A stretch of DNA of 32,000 nt from Thiocystis violascens DSM 198 (GTDB lineage: Bacteria; Pseudomonadota; Gammaproteobacteria; Chromatiales; Chromatiaceae), in contig NC_018012.1 of the NCBI RefSeq assembly GCF_000227745.2, positions 3,499,412-3,531,411 on the forward strand. The letters run 5' to 3'. Below are positions 18,102 through 25,593 of the stretch, piece after piece. Within the stretch, counting starts at the first letter, position 1; each line of letters begins with the position of its first letter. Below the pieces are notes generated by a model that was not told the origin of the DNA, did no database searches, and saw only the letters and a list, made by a program, of their open reading frames with translations. The position numbers and the translations under genes are program-made.

Positions 18102-18593
18102 GAGTGAGCCTTCTGTGAACTGCTGGATCTGTATCGGTGAAAGGGCAATCGCGCAAGATACCCTGTGTTTTGACGGGCGCCAAGTCGTTCCGGCGGTTGC
18201 AAGCGATTCTCGGTTTGAACGTCACCGTTTTAGCTGCTTTCTCTGCCGGAGCGCATGCAATCAAGGGTATCGGTCAGCCGAGCGTGGCGAGTTTAAAGAC
18301 GTGCGTGGCGCCCCTTCGCTCCTCGTCCTGAGCGACGCCGAAGCACGGACAGATTGTAAGAATTGCCTGGTCATGTTCGTTATATGAGCGGCCTGAACGC
18401 TATACTTTGCAATCCGCGTCAGTTTTTCATGGCCGACCGCGGAAGATTGGTCGCTGTCGGTTGACAACGGCGATCCGCGCCAGATTGAGCGCACGCTTGC
18501 TGGCCGCTTTCCTCTTACCTTCTGTCCGCGGGAGACTGCCCTCTGAGAGACCATGATCCACCCGAGCACGGCGGTCGGCTGCGCCAGGCCGCC

Positions 18594-19556
18594 GTGCGTT
18601 TCGACATTCCATTGGAACACTGGCTCGATCTGTCCACCGGGATCAACCCGCATGCCTGGCCGGTCGCGACCTTGCCCGCAGCCGTTTGGGGCCGCTTGCC
18701 CGAGGAGGGTGATGGTTTGGAGTCGGCGGCGGCGCGTTACTACGGGGCGCCATGTCCCTTGCCGCTGGCGGGTTCCCAGGCCGCGATCCAGTCGCTCCCC
18801 ACGTTGCGCGCGCCCTGCCGCGTGGGCGTGCCTCGGGTGGGCTACCGGGAGCATGCGCATGCCTGGTGTCGCGCCGGGCATCAGGTCGTCGAACTGGTCG
18901 ACAGCGATCCCGGTCGATGGCTGGACGACGGCCCCGAACGGCTCGATTGCCTGGTCGTGATCAATCCCAACAATCCGACCGGTCGCTGTTGGCCGATCGC
19001 GACCCTGCTCGACTGGCACGCGCGTCTTGCCGCTCGCGGCGGCTGGCTGATCGTCGACGAGGCGTTCATGGATGCCACGCCCGAGGCGAGTTTGACCCCT
19101 TTCGCCGGTCGGCCGGGATTGATTCTGCTGCGCTCGCTCGGCAAATTTTTCGGTTTGGCCGGGGCGCGTGTCGGTTTTCTGTTCGCGGAATCCGCCCTGC
19201 GCGCGCGTCTGCTGTCCTGGCTGGGCCCCTGGACCCTGAGCGGTCCCTCGCGCGCGATCGCCCGTCAGGCACTTGCCGATACCGTTTGGCAACAGGTCAC
19301 GCGGGCAGCGCTTCCGCTGGCCGCCGACCGACTCGCCGAGTTGCTCCGTCGATACGGACTGGCGCCGATGGGCGGAACGGCGCTCTTTCAATGGGTGCTC
19401 ACCGACGAGGCGGACCGGATCCAGGCGAATCTGGCGCGACAGGGAATCCTGGTGCGTCGCTTTATCCGCCCTCCCAGTCTGCGTTTCGGTTTGCCGGGCG
19501 ATGAACGGGATTGGCGGCGGTTGGAGATGGCTCTGACAGCCGTTGCCCATGCGTGA
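18594..19556 (+). CDS. cobD: Threonine-phosphate decarboxylase (CobD/CobC, class I/II aminotransferase fold), N-terminus unresolved
   Basis: WLDLSTGINP, VINPNNPTG, and the PLP-lysine motif RSLGKFFGLAGARVGF. The conserved HGG motif (EHGGRLRQAAV) is encoded in frame upstream of this GTG with no canonical start before it (see findings). Confidence 0.8.
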   Translation: MRFDIPLEHWLDLSTGINPHAWPVATLPAAVWGRLPEEGDGLESAAARYYGAPCPLPLAGSQAAIQSLPTLRAPCRVGVPRVGYREHAHAWCRAGHQVVELVDSDPGRWLDDGPERLDCLVVINPNNPTGRCWPIATLLDWHARLAARGGWLIVDEAFMDATPEASLTPFAGRPGLILLRSLGKFFGLAGARVGFLFAESALRARLLSWLGPWTLSGPSRAIARQALADTVWQQVTRAALPLAADRLAELLRRYGLAPMGGTALFQWVLTDEADRIQANLARQGILVRRFIRPPSLRFGLPGDERDWRRLEMALTAVAHA

Positions 19557-20491
19557 AACCTGATTGGCTTGCGGTGCCCGCCGCGGATCGGGCCGAACTT
19601 CCGGCATGGGCTCGCCGGGCGCAAACCGATGCGTTTCCGGTTGCTCGGAATCGGGCCATCGGGCCGCGTTCGTTGCCGGTCAGCCGCCCCCGCGCCGTCG
19701 AGACGGATACCGCCAGGGGCTGGAGAAATGCCGGCCGGGTGCGGGTCGTCGTCCTGGGCGCCAATCTCGATCCAACCTTGAGGTCGCCTGAGGAGACGCT
19801 CGCGGCTTCGCTCAGGGCACAAACGTGTGTCGCCCGGAATCCCATCATGGACTGGTTGCTGGAGCACCCGGATGTCGACATCGAGACCCTTGACGCTGGC
19901 ACCCATGGTCAGTCCGGTTTGGTTGCCAAGCGTGCGCGTGATGGAATCCTGTCCGCGACAGGCGGTTCGCGTAACCGCAAGGCGCTGGATAAACATCGGC
20001 TGGATATTGCCCTGAGTCTTGGCCGGCACGCGGTGGAACGCGCAAAGCTTGCCGGTTGCGACCTTCTGGTCGGATGGGGGCGGGAGACGCGGTGTGACAG
20101 GGCCGAGACGGCAGGGGCAAACGTCTTGCGCCCGCAGGCGCCCGACCGTTGTCCAGCAGAGCCAGACTGGGATGTCAGAGCGTCGGGCGATCCCTACGAG
20201 GCGCTACGTCTCATGGGAAGCCCGGAACTTGCCGCGTTCGTCGGCATTCTGATCGCGGGTGCCCAGATCGGTCTTCCGGTCCTTTTACCAGGGGCCGACG
20301 CGAGCATTGCGGCACGGGTCGCCTCCAGCCTGCATCCGCATCTGGGCGAGTGGCTGACCGTGACCGGCTGGACACCCCGGGCCTTGCCAGCCAATGGGCT
20401 GTCGCTTGCGTATTTCGCCCAAGGCGCGGCGTTTCAATCCCTCACGGTTGAAACCCGCACGGTCGTCGTGCTGCGGGAGGCGTCCGTCTGA
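19553..20491 (+). CDS. Degenerate CobT-like protein (nicotinate-nucleotide--dimethylbenzimidazole phosphoribosyltransferase family), possibly a pseudoenzyme or decaying gene
   Basis: The C-terminal half aligns by eye with CobT (DPYEALRLMGSPELAAFVGILIAGAQIGLPVLLPGADASIAA vs D.L..VGGFE.A...G..LGAA....PV.LDGF.S.AAAL). GTG 19553 overlaps the cobD stop as GTGA. The key CobT motifs are substituted, and third-position GC is below that of neighbouring genes. Confidence 0.5.
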   Translation: MKPDWLAVPAADRAELPAWARRAQTDAFPVARNRAIGPRSLPVSRPRAVETDTARGWRNAGRVRVVVLGANLDPTLRSPEETLAASLRAQTCVARNPIMDWLLEHPDVDIETLDAGTHGQSGLVAKRARDGILSATGGSRNRKALDKHRLDIALSLGRHAVERAKLAGCDLLVGWGRETRCDRAETAGANVLRPQAPDRCPAEPDWDVRASGDPYEALRLMGSPELAAFVGILIAGAQIGLPVLLPGADASIAARVASSLHPHLGEWLTVTGWTPRALPANGLSLAYFAQGAAFQSLTVETRTVVVLREASV

Positions 20492-20733
20492 CTGACCTGC
20501 GGCCCCTGTTTTAGCCGATGGCGCAGCAGGTTGAATTCCCAGGTTCGCTCGGCGAGCTGGCGACGCAGGTCGGCCTTCTCAAGCTCGGCTTTTAAGAGCT
20601 TTCGCCCCAGCCAGTCCAGTCGAATGCCCACGACATCAAGCTTTCTTCTGGTTCGCTCGATCGCCTGCTCCAGTCGCGTCAGTCTGTGTTCGTCCAGGTT
20701 GATCATCTCGCAGTGGATGGGGTCAGGGTCCAT
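20434..20733 (-). CDS. Hypothetical coiled-coil protein (~99 aa)
   Basis: Heptad-rich sequence (LTRLEQAIERTRRKLDVVGIRLDWLGRKLLKAELEKADLRRQLAERTWEFNLLRHRL). GGAGAG lies 7 nt upstream of ATG 20733. Third-position GC is about 74%, while the opposite-strand ORF is low complexity. The gene uses AGA/CGA codons and its 3' end overlaps the cobT-like gene convergently by 58 nt. Longer alternatives start at 20748 or 20760. Confidence 0.45.
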   Translation of the reverse strand: MDPDPIHCEMINLDEHRLTRLEQAIERTRRKLDVVGIRLDWLGRKLLKAELEKADLRRQLAERTWEFNLLRHRLKQGPQVSQTDASRSTTTVRVSTVRD

Positions 20734-20768
20734 TTCTGGTCTCTCCATGGCTTCCGTCAATAGGATCT

Positions 20769-20805
20769 AAAACGCCTCCGGATTGATGAGCCGGGCGCGG
20801 TTTAA
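20769..20805 (-). terminator. Terminator-like hairpin built partly from a repeat terminus (GGCGCGGTTTAA at 20794-20805)
   Basis: The minus strand reads AAACCGCGCCCGG-CTCATCAAT-CCGGAGGCGTTTT followed by AGATCC: about 11 of 13 positions paired, a 9-nt loop and a U4 tail. It lies 55 nt after the AAA+ stop and immediately before the small ORF. Confidence 0.4.
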
Positions 20806-20859
20806 AGGACAGTCTTGAATCCTAGTCTTCTCATTCCTCATGGGTATCCGTGAAAACAC

Positions 20860-22092
20860 TTAGGCCCATCCAAAAGGGTCTTGGTCTGTCTCCATGCCGC
20901 CTTCGAGAATCCTGCGTTTGCCCTCCAGAATGAAACGGGTGGCACGGTTGAAATCGGCGAGCGAGACGACTCGCGATTCGCCCAGGCGCAGCGAGGCATA
21001 GGAGGCCGCGAGCAGCACCGCGTTTTGAATGTCGCCCCCAGCCGCGCCCTCCGAAGACCGGGCGAGGGCCGCGAAGTCCACGTCGTCGGCCAGCGGCAGT
21101 TGGCGGGGAACGTGACCGCGCCAGATCCGCTCGCGCTGTTCGGCGGCGGGAAGCCGAAACTCCACATGCGCCAGCATCCGGCGCAGAAAGGCGGTGTCGT
21201 AATTTCTGACCAGGTTCGAGGCGAAGATGACCGCGCCATTGAAGTTGTCCAGCTCGATCAGTGTGGTGCTGCGCGCAACATTGATGCTGTTGTCGGCGGA
21301 CTGCGAGACATTGAGCAGACGCTTGCCCAGGATCGAATCGGCCTCGTCGAAAAACAGCAGGGCGCCAGTCTCGGTTGCCCTGGCGAAGGCCGCCTGGATG
21401 TTCTTGGGCGTCTCGCCGACATATTTCGATTCCAGTTCGGCGTAGCTGATCCGCAGAATCCGTTTGCCGAGCAGATCGGCGATGGCGTCGGCGGCCAGGG
21501 TCTTGCCGGTGCCGGGCGGTCCATAGAAGTTCAATGCCACCCGCCGTCCGGTGCGTGCGATCGAGCCGAGATTCCAGGTCTCGTAGAGCAGATCCTGCGA
21601 GACGAGGACATTGGTGGCTTCGCGGATGCGCTCCAGGCTGTCCGGGTCGAGGACGAGATGTTCCAGCGAATAGCGCGGTTCGAGCGGTTCGAGTCCCGCC
21701 AGCCGCGGTTCCTCGTTCTCTGTCGTCCGCGCCCGCATGTCACTGCGGCCGTTGATGTCGTAGAGCGGACCGATCTGCTCTGCGGGCGGGGTCTCCAGGT
21801 GGGTCTTGGACGGATTGAAGTCGACGCGAATCCGGGGTTTGGACAGCGATCCGGGGAATTCGGACGCATCCAGCAGCCGAGCGAGCTTGCGCAGAAAATC
21901 ATTCGAGGCCGCCGCCTCGACCTCGACCGAGGTGTCCTGTCCCTTCTCGAAGCATTGCTGACAATAGAGCAGCGGCGCGCCGACCACCTCAATGAAATAG
22001 TGACCCACATTGGATTTCTTGCCATGGTGGGACAGGGTCAGTTCGCACCCATGAAGCGGGCAGATGGGCTTTTTTTTGAGTAATGACAGCAT
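20860..22092 (-). CDS. Classical-clade AAA+ ATPase (single PF00004-type module) with N-terminal four-Cys zinc-ribbon-like region
   Basis: Walker A (FYGPPGTGKT), Walker B (LLFFDEAD), the SKYVGETPKN motif, a second region of homology (VIFASNLVRNYDTAFLRRM), and a lid. The N-terminus carries CPLHGC...CQQC. There is no recognisable Shine-Dalgarno, and codons 6-8 form an A8 tract. Confidence 0.9.
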   Translation of the reverse strand: MLSLLKKKPICPLHGCELTLSHHGKKSNVGHYFIEVVGAPLLYCQQCFEKGQDTSVEVEAAASNDFLRKLARLLDASEFPGSLSKPRIRVDFNPSKTHLETPPAEQIGPLYDINGRSDMRARTTENEEPRLAGLEPLEPRYSLEHLVLDPDSLERIREATNVLVSQDLLYETWNLGSIARTGRRVALNFYGPPGTGKTLAADAIADLLGKRILRISYAELESKYVGETPKNIQAAFARATETGALLFFDEADSILGKRLLNVSQSADNSINVARSTTLIELDNFNGAVIFASNLVRNYDTAFLRRMLAHVEFRLPAAEQRERIWRGHVPRQLPLADDVDFAALARSSEGAAGGDIQNAVLLAASYASLRLGESRVVSLADFNRATRFILEGKRRILEGGMETDQDPFGWA

Positions 22093-22109
22093 GGGATGGA
22101 GGTTCGGCC

Positions 22110-22135
22110 ACCCGTCAGGAGATGGAATGACGGGT
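22110..22135 (-). other. Hairpin in the 5' leader of the AAA+ gene (8-bp perfect stem, 10-nt loop)
   Basis: ACCCGTCA (22110-22117) and TGACGGGT (22128-22135) are exact complements. The hairpin ends 17 nt upstream of the ATG, and the leader is pyrimidine-rich (CCTCCATCCC) instead of carrying a Shine-Dalgarno. Confidence 0.35.
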
Positions 22136-22185
22136 CAACGGTCAGTGGTTGCGAATCCGCTCGCGGCGCGGAGCGCAGCGGGATG

Positions 22186-22210
22186 CGTGACACCGCGGAG
22201 CGGTGTCACG
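22186..22210. other. Perfect 10-bp inverted repeat with a 5-nt loop, between the SLC13 stop and the AAA+ gene
   Basis: CGTGACACCG-CGGAG-CGGTGTCACG. It has no U-tract on either strand, so it is not a canonical intrinsic terminator. Confidence 0.4.
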
Positions 22211-22233
22211 AGTAACGCCCCCTTGCCCTTTGT

Positions 22234-24192
22234 TCAGAACACCAGGTTCAACATGGTCAGCGCGACGATCAGGAAGAGGATGGTCATGATGCCGCCCGCA
22301 CGCATGAAGTCGACGACTCGGTAACCGCCCGGCCCCATGATCAGTGCATTCACTTGATGGGTGGGGAGGAAAAATGAGTTGGAGGTGGCGATCGCGACCG
22401 TCAGGGCGAACAACGCCGGATTCGCGCCTGAGCCCAAGGCCATGTTGACCGCGAGCGGGACCAACAGCACGGTGGCGCCGACATTGGACATGACCAGGGT
22501 GAAGGCGGTCGCGAGCACGGCAAGTGCCGCCTGGACGACCCAGATCGGCACGTCGCCGAGTGCCGCGAGCGTCTGTTGCGCGATCCAGGCCGCAGTGCCG
22601 GTGGACTCCACCGCCAGCCCGAGCGGGATCAGCGAGGCCAGCAGGAAGACGCTCTTCCAGCTCACCGCCTGGTAAGCCTCCTCGATGGTGAGCACCCCCG
22701 CCAGGATCATGCTCATGGCGCCGGCAAAGAGCGCGATCGACAGCCGCAGATCCGTGAAGAGGATCAGGCTGAGGGTGACGATGAAGATCAACAGGGCAGC
22801 TGAGACCTTGTGCGGACGCAATTCCTCGTGTGGGTACTCGGTGGTGACCACGACGAAATTACGGTCTTTTTCCACTCGCGCCAGATCCGCCCAGGTGGTG
22901 TGGACCACAAGCGCGTCACCGGCCTGAAAAGGCGTATTGCGAACGCCACCGGTATGAAAGGTGATCTGCTCGCCACCGCGGCTGATGGCCAGCAGCGAAA
23001 GCCCATAGGTCTTGCGCAGCCAGACATCGCGCGCAGTCTTGCCGATCAGGCTGGAGCCGGGCGGAATGACGATCTCGGCGATGCCGGCCTTGGTGTGGGC
23101 CATCGCCTCGGCAAAGAGTTCCAGCTCGCGTTTGCGGGTGAGCTGATTGGCGTTGCTGAAATCCAGCAAGGCGTCGGCGTTGCCTAGCAGTCCGAGCGTG
23201 GTGCCGGCCGTGATGCCCAGGGTACGGTCGATCCCGTCGGCGCCAAAGCGCAGGCCGTCGCCTTTTTCGACGCCGACGATCCGCACCTTCCAGGTGCGCT
23301 CCAGCTCGTCGACGCTCATCCCGATCAGATGGCTTTTCCCCGGGACGCGGAACTCCCCAAGTTCGAAGTCGCTGAGTCCGTAGGTCTCGGCGAAGTATTC
23401 GCTGGTATCGCTGCCTTCGAGTTTGTCATTGACCCGCGACGGCAGCACGAAGCGTCCGGCGATCACGAAATAGATGATGCCGGTGGCAAGCAGCGCGAGG
23501 CCAATCGGCGTGACGTCAAACAGTTGGAAGGTCGCCATGGGCGCGATGCCGTCCGGCAGGGTCTGGTTTGACGTCAGGATGAGGTCGTTCAGGAGGATCA
23601 GCGGACTGGAGCCCACCATGGTGATGGTGCCGCCGAGAAGTGCGCAGAAGCCCATCGGCATCAGCAGGCGCGACATCGGCAAGCCGGTGCGGGCGGCGAT
23701 ACGGCTCACCACCGGAAGGAAGAGGGCGGCGGCCCCCACGTTCTGCATAAAGCTGGAGATCCCCCCGACAGTGCCCGAGATCAACGGGATGATGCGCCCC
23801 TCGGTGGTGCCGCCGATGCGCATGATGAAACCAGCGACCTTCGACATGATGCCAGTCTTGTCCAGTCCAGCCCCGACGATCATGACTGCGATGATGGAAA
23901 TGACCGCGTTACTGGAAAAACCATCGAACAGATGTTCGACTGGAACCAGTCCCTGGTCCAGTCCCATCCAGGGGGCGAGCAGACTGGTCAGGCCGAGCAA
24001 CACCATCACGGTGACCGCCGCCACGTCCACGCTCACCACCTCGGTCACGAACAGATAAATGGTGAGCAGCAGGAAGGCGCTGACCCAGGCGATCTCGGTG
24101 GAGGGAACCACGCTGGCGAGGTAGATACCGACGATGGCGAAAAAGGCGGCCGTGAGGTCTTGCTTGGACAAGGTGCGAAAGATGTTGGACAT
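22234..24192 (-). CDS. SLC13/DASS-family permease with central TrkA-C (RCK_C) domains
   Basis: 652-aa polytopic protein (MSNIFRTLSKQDLTAAFFAIVGIYL...) with a soluble central segment containing two TrkA-C-like repeats (GKSHLIGMSVDEL...VRIVGVEKGD and GSSLIGKTARDVWLRKTYGLSLLAISRGGE). GAGGGAAA lies upstream of ATG 24192. Confidence 0.85.
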   Translation of the reverse strand: MSNIFRTLSKQDLTAAFFAIVGIYLASVVPSTEIAWVSAFLLLTIYLFVTEVVSVDVAAVTVMVLLGLTSLLAPWMGLDQGLVPVEHLFDGFSSNAVISIIAVMIVGAGLDKTGIMSKVAGFIMRIGGTTEGRIIPLISGTVGGISSFMQNVGAAALFLPVVSRIAARTGLPMSRLLMPMGFCALLGGTITMVGSSPLILLNDLILTSNQTLPDGIAPMATFQLFDVTPIGLALLATGIIYFVIAGRFVLPSRVNDKLEGSDTSEYFAETYGLSDFELGEFRVPGKSHLIGMSVDELERTWKVRIVGVEKGDGLRFGADGIDRTLGITAGTTLGLLGNADALLDFSNANQLTRKRELELFAEAMAHTKAGIAEIVIPPGSSLIGKTARDVWLRKTYGLSLLAISRGGEQITFHTGGVRNTPFQAGDALVVHTTWADLARVEKDRNFVVVTTEYPHEELRPHKVSAALLIFIVTLSLILFTDLRLSIALFAGAMSMILAGVLTIEEAYQAVSWKSVFLLASLIPLGLAVESTGTAAWIAQQTLAALGDVPIWVVQAALAVLATAFTLVMSNVGATVLLVPLAVNMALGSGANPALFALTVAIATSNSFFLPTHQVNALIMGPGGYRVVDFMRAGGIMTILFLIVALTMLNLVF

Positions 24193-24397
24193 ACTGGTTT
24201 CCCTCTTGCGAGCTGGTTTATGACCGTGCGTCAACCGCGCATGATACGTAAAGGGTTTCCCGGATTCCTGTCTTTTTCCGTCAGGGCCGGGGATGCGCTT
24301 CAAGGCTTGAGCCTGCGCGCCGGTGGCGGGCGATTCAGTGCACTGTTAGTCTTTGCCCTGATGTTCTGCTTTGTTCGCTACTTGTGAGCCTGTTGCT

Positions 24398-25174
24398 ATG
24401 AAGCCTGTCATCCGCTGGATCTCGATCGCGTCGTCATGCCTCGTCTGGGGTCTCCCCTTCGCCATGGAAGAACCGGCGCCAGTCTCGCGCGTTGCGGTCA
24501 CCGCTGAACTCGAGCGGCTCATGTCCGAACATGGCTTCGAAGTGCGAGGCATCGAGCAGACCGCCGATGCCCTGGCGCGCGTAGAGGGCGAGACCTTGTC
24601 TGCGCGGCTGCAAGCCTTGTTGGAAAATTTCGATTACGTGCTGGTGCAGACGCCGACCGGCGGGATCGAGCGGGTGATCATCCTTGGCGAAAAGGTTGCC
24701 TATCTTCCGCCGCCCATAGTGGTCGAAAACGAGGCCGGCGGCAATCCAGCGAACGATTCGGTCGAATCCGGCGCGCCGCCTGGGGAGATCGTCCTGTCGA
24801 CGCAGCGCAAGGGGGACTCGCATCTGCTGACCCTGATCCTGGAAGGACCGAACAACCGGCGGATCGAACAGGTTCTGCTCATCGATACCGGCGCGGATCA
24901 GGTGGTGCTGCCGGCGTCGCTGGTCGTGTCGCTGGGGTTGGAGGCGGGCGCGCTGCGCGAGCAGCAGGTGCAGACCGCGAATGGGACGATCCAGGCACGC
25001 GTCGGAGTGCTGCCCGCGCTCTGGCTCGGCGAGACGCGCATACCCGAGGTGTCGGCCGCGTTCATTGAGGACCAGCGGCTCGGCGGTCAGGCATTGCTTG
25101 GAATGAATGTGCTGGGGCGTTTCCGGATGACGATCGACGATGCCAACAGTCAGGTGACGCTAGCGTCGAAGTAA
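24398..25174 (+). CDS. Secreted retropepsin-like (clan AA) aspartic protease with an uncharacterised N-terminal domain
   Basis: Signal peptide MKPVIRWISIASSCLVWGLPFA. The C-terminal ~120 aa carries the catalytic LIDTGAD (D-T-G) motif and LLGMNVL, typical of bacterial retropepsin-like proteases. Confidence 0.8.
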   Translation: MKPVIRWISIASSCLVWGLPFAMEEPAPVSRVAVTAELERLMSEHGFEVRGIEQTADALARVEGETLSARLQALLENFDYVLVQTPTGGIERVIILGEKVAYLPPPIVVENEAGGNPANDSVESGAPPGEIVLSTQRKGDSHLLTLILEGPNNRRIEQVLLIDTGADQVVLPASLVVSLGLEAGALREQQVQTANGTIQARVGVLPALWLGETRIPEVSAAFIEDQRLGGQALLGMNVLGRFRMTIDDANSQVTLASK

Positions 25175-25225
25175 ACGTCCGCTGTTCTGGCGGGCGCGAC
25201 GCGGCGGTCAGGATGCGGTTCAGCG

Positions 25226-25513
25226 TTACAGGCCCTTTTTCAACCGCTGGAGTTGTTCCTTGAGTTCATGCACATCGCTGCCGAGACGCTCGACAGGCTG
25301 TGAATGCGCCTGTTCATGCTTGGCCTGGTTGAGCGCCATCTGGCGCATGTATTTCCGCAGTTCATGGAGTTCGCTCTCGACGCGGCCCAGGCTGGCCGAG
25401 GTCTGGTCCAGACGTTCGTTGGTCTGATCCAGGCGCGCGTTGAATTCCTCGCGCAGTTTCAGAATGCTCTCGCGAATTTCCCTCAGCAGGACAAGAACAA
25501 AGCCGGTGGACAT
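25226..25513 (-). CDS. Hypothetical coiled-coil protein (95 aa)
   Basis: GGAG lies 6 nt upstream of ATG 25513. Heptad repeats are present (LREEFNARLDQTNERLDQTSASLGRVESELHELRKYM), along with a short hydrophobic N-terminus. It lies 80 nt downstream of the deacylase gene on the same strand. Confidence 0.55.
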   Translation of the reverse strand: MSTGFVLVLLREIRESILKLREEFNARLDQTNERLDQTSASLGRVESELHELRKYMRQMALNQAKHEQAHSQPVERLGSDVHELKEQLQRLKKGL

Positions 25514-25593
25514 GGTGCGCTCCAGGGGCGACGGCGGAAGTGAGGGCAGCTTCTGTGCGAAGACCGCTATAGTACGTCGTTCGGGATGCCGGT

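Noticed and set aside
22186-22210. Perfect 10-bp hairpin, considered as the intrinsic terminator of the SLC13 gene.
   Set aside because: No U-tract follows it on either strand, so I list it only as a structured element. It may be a Rho-dependent or REP-type feature, which cannot be decided from sequence.
25175-25225. GACGCGGCGGT in the convergent protease / coiled-coil spacer, considered as another repeat terminus.
   Set aside because: It shares only the GACGCGG half and lacks the TTTAA part. No partner lies at the expected spacing.
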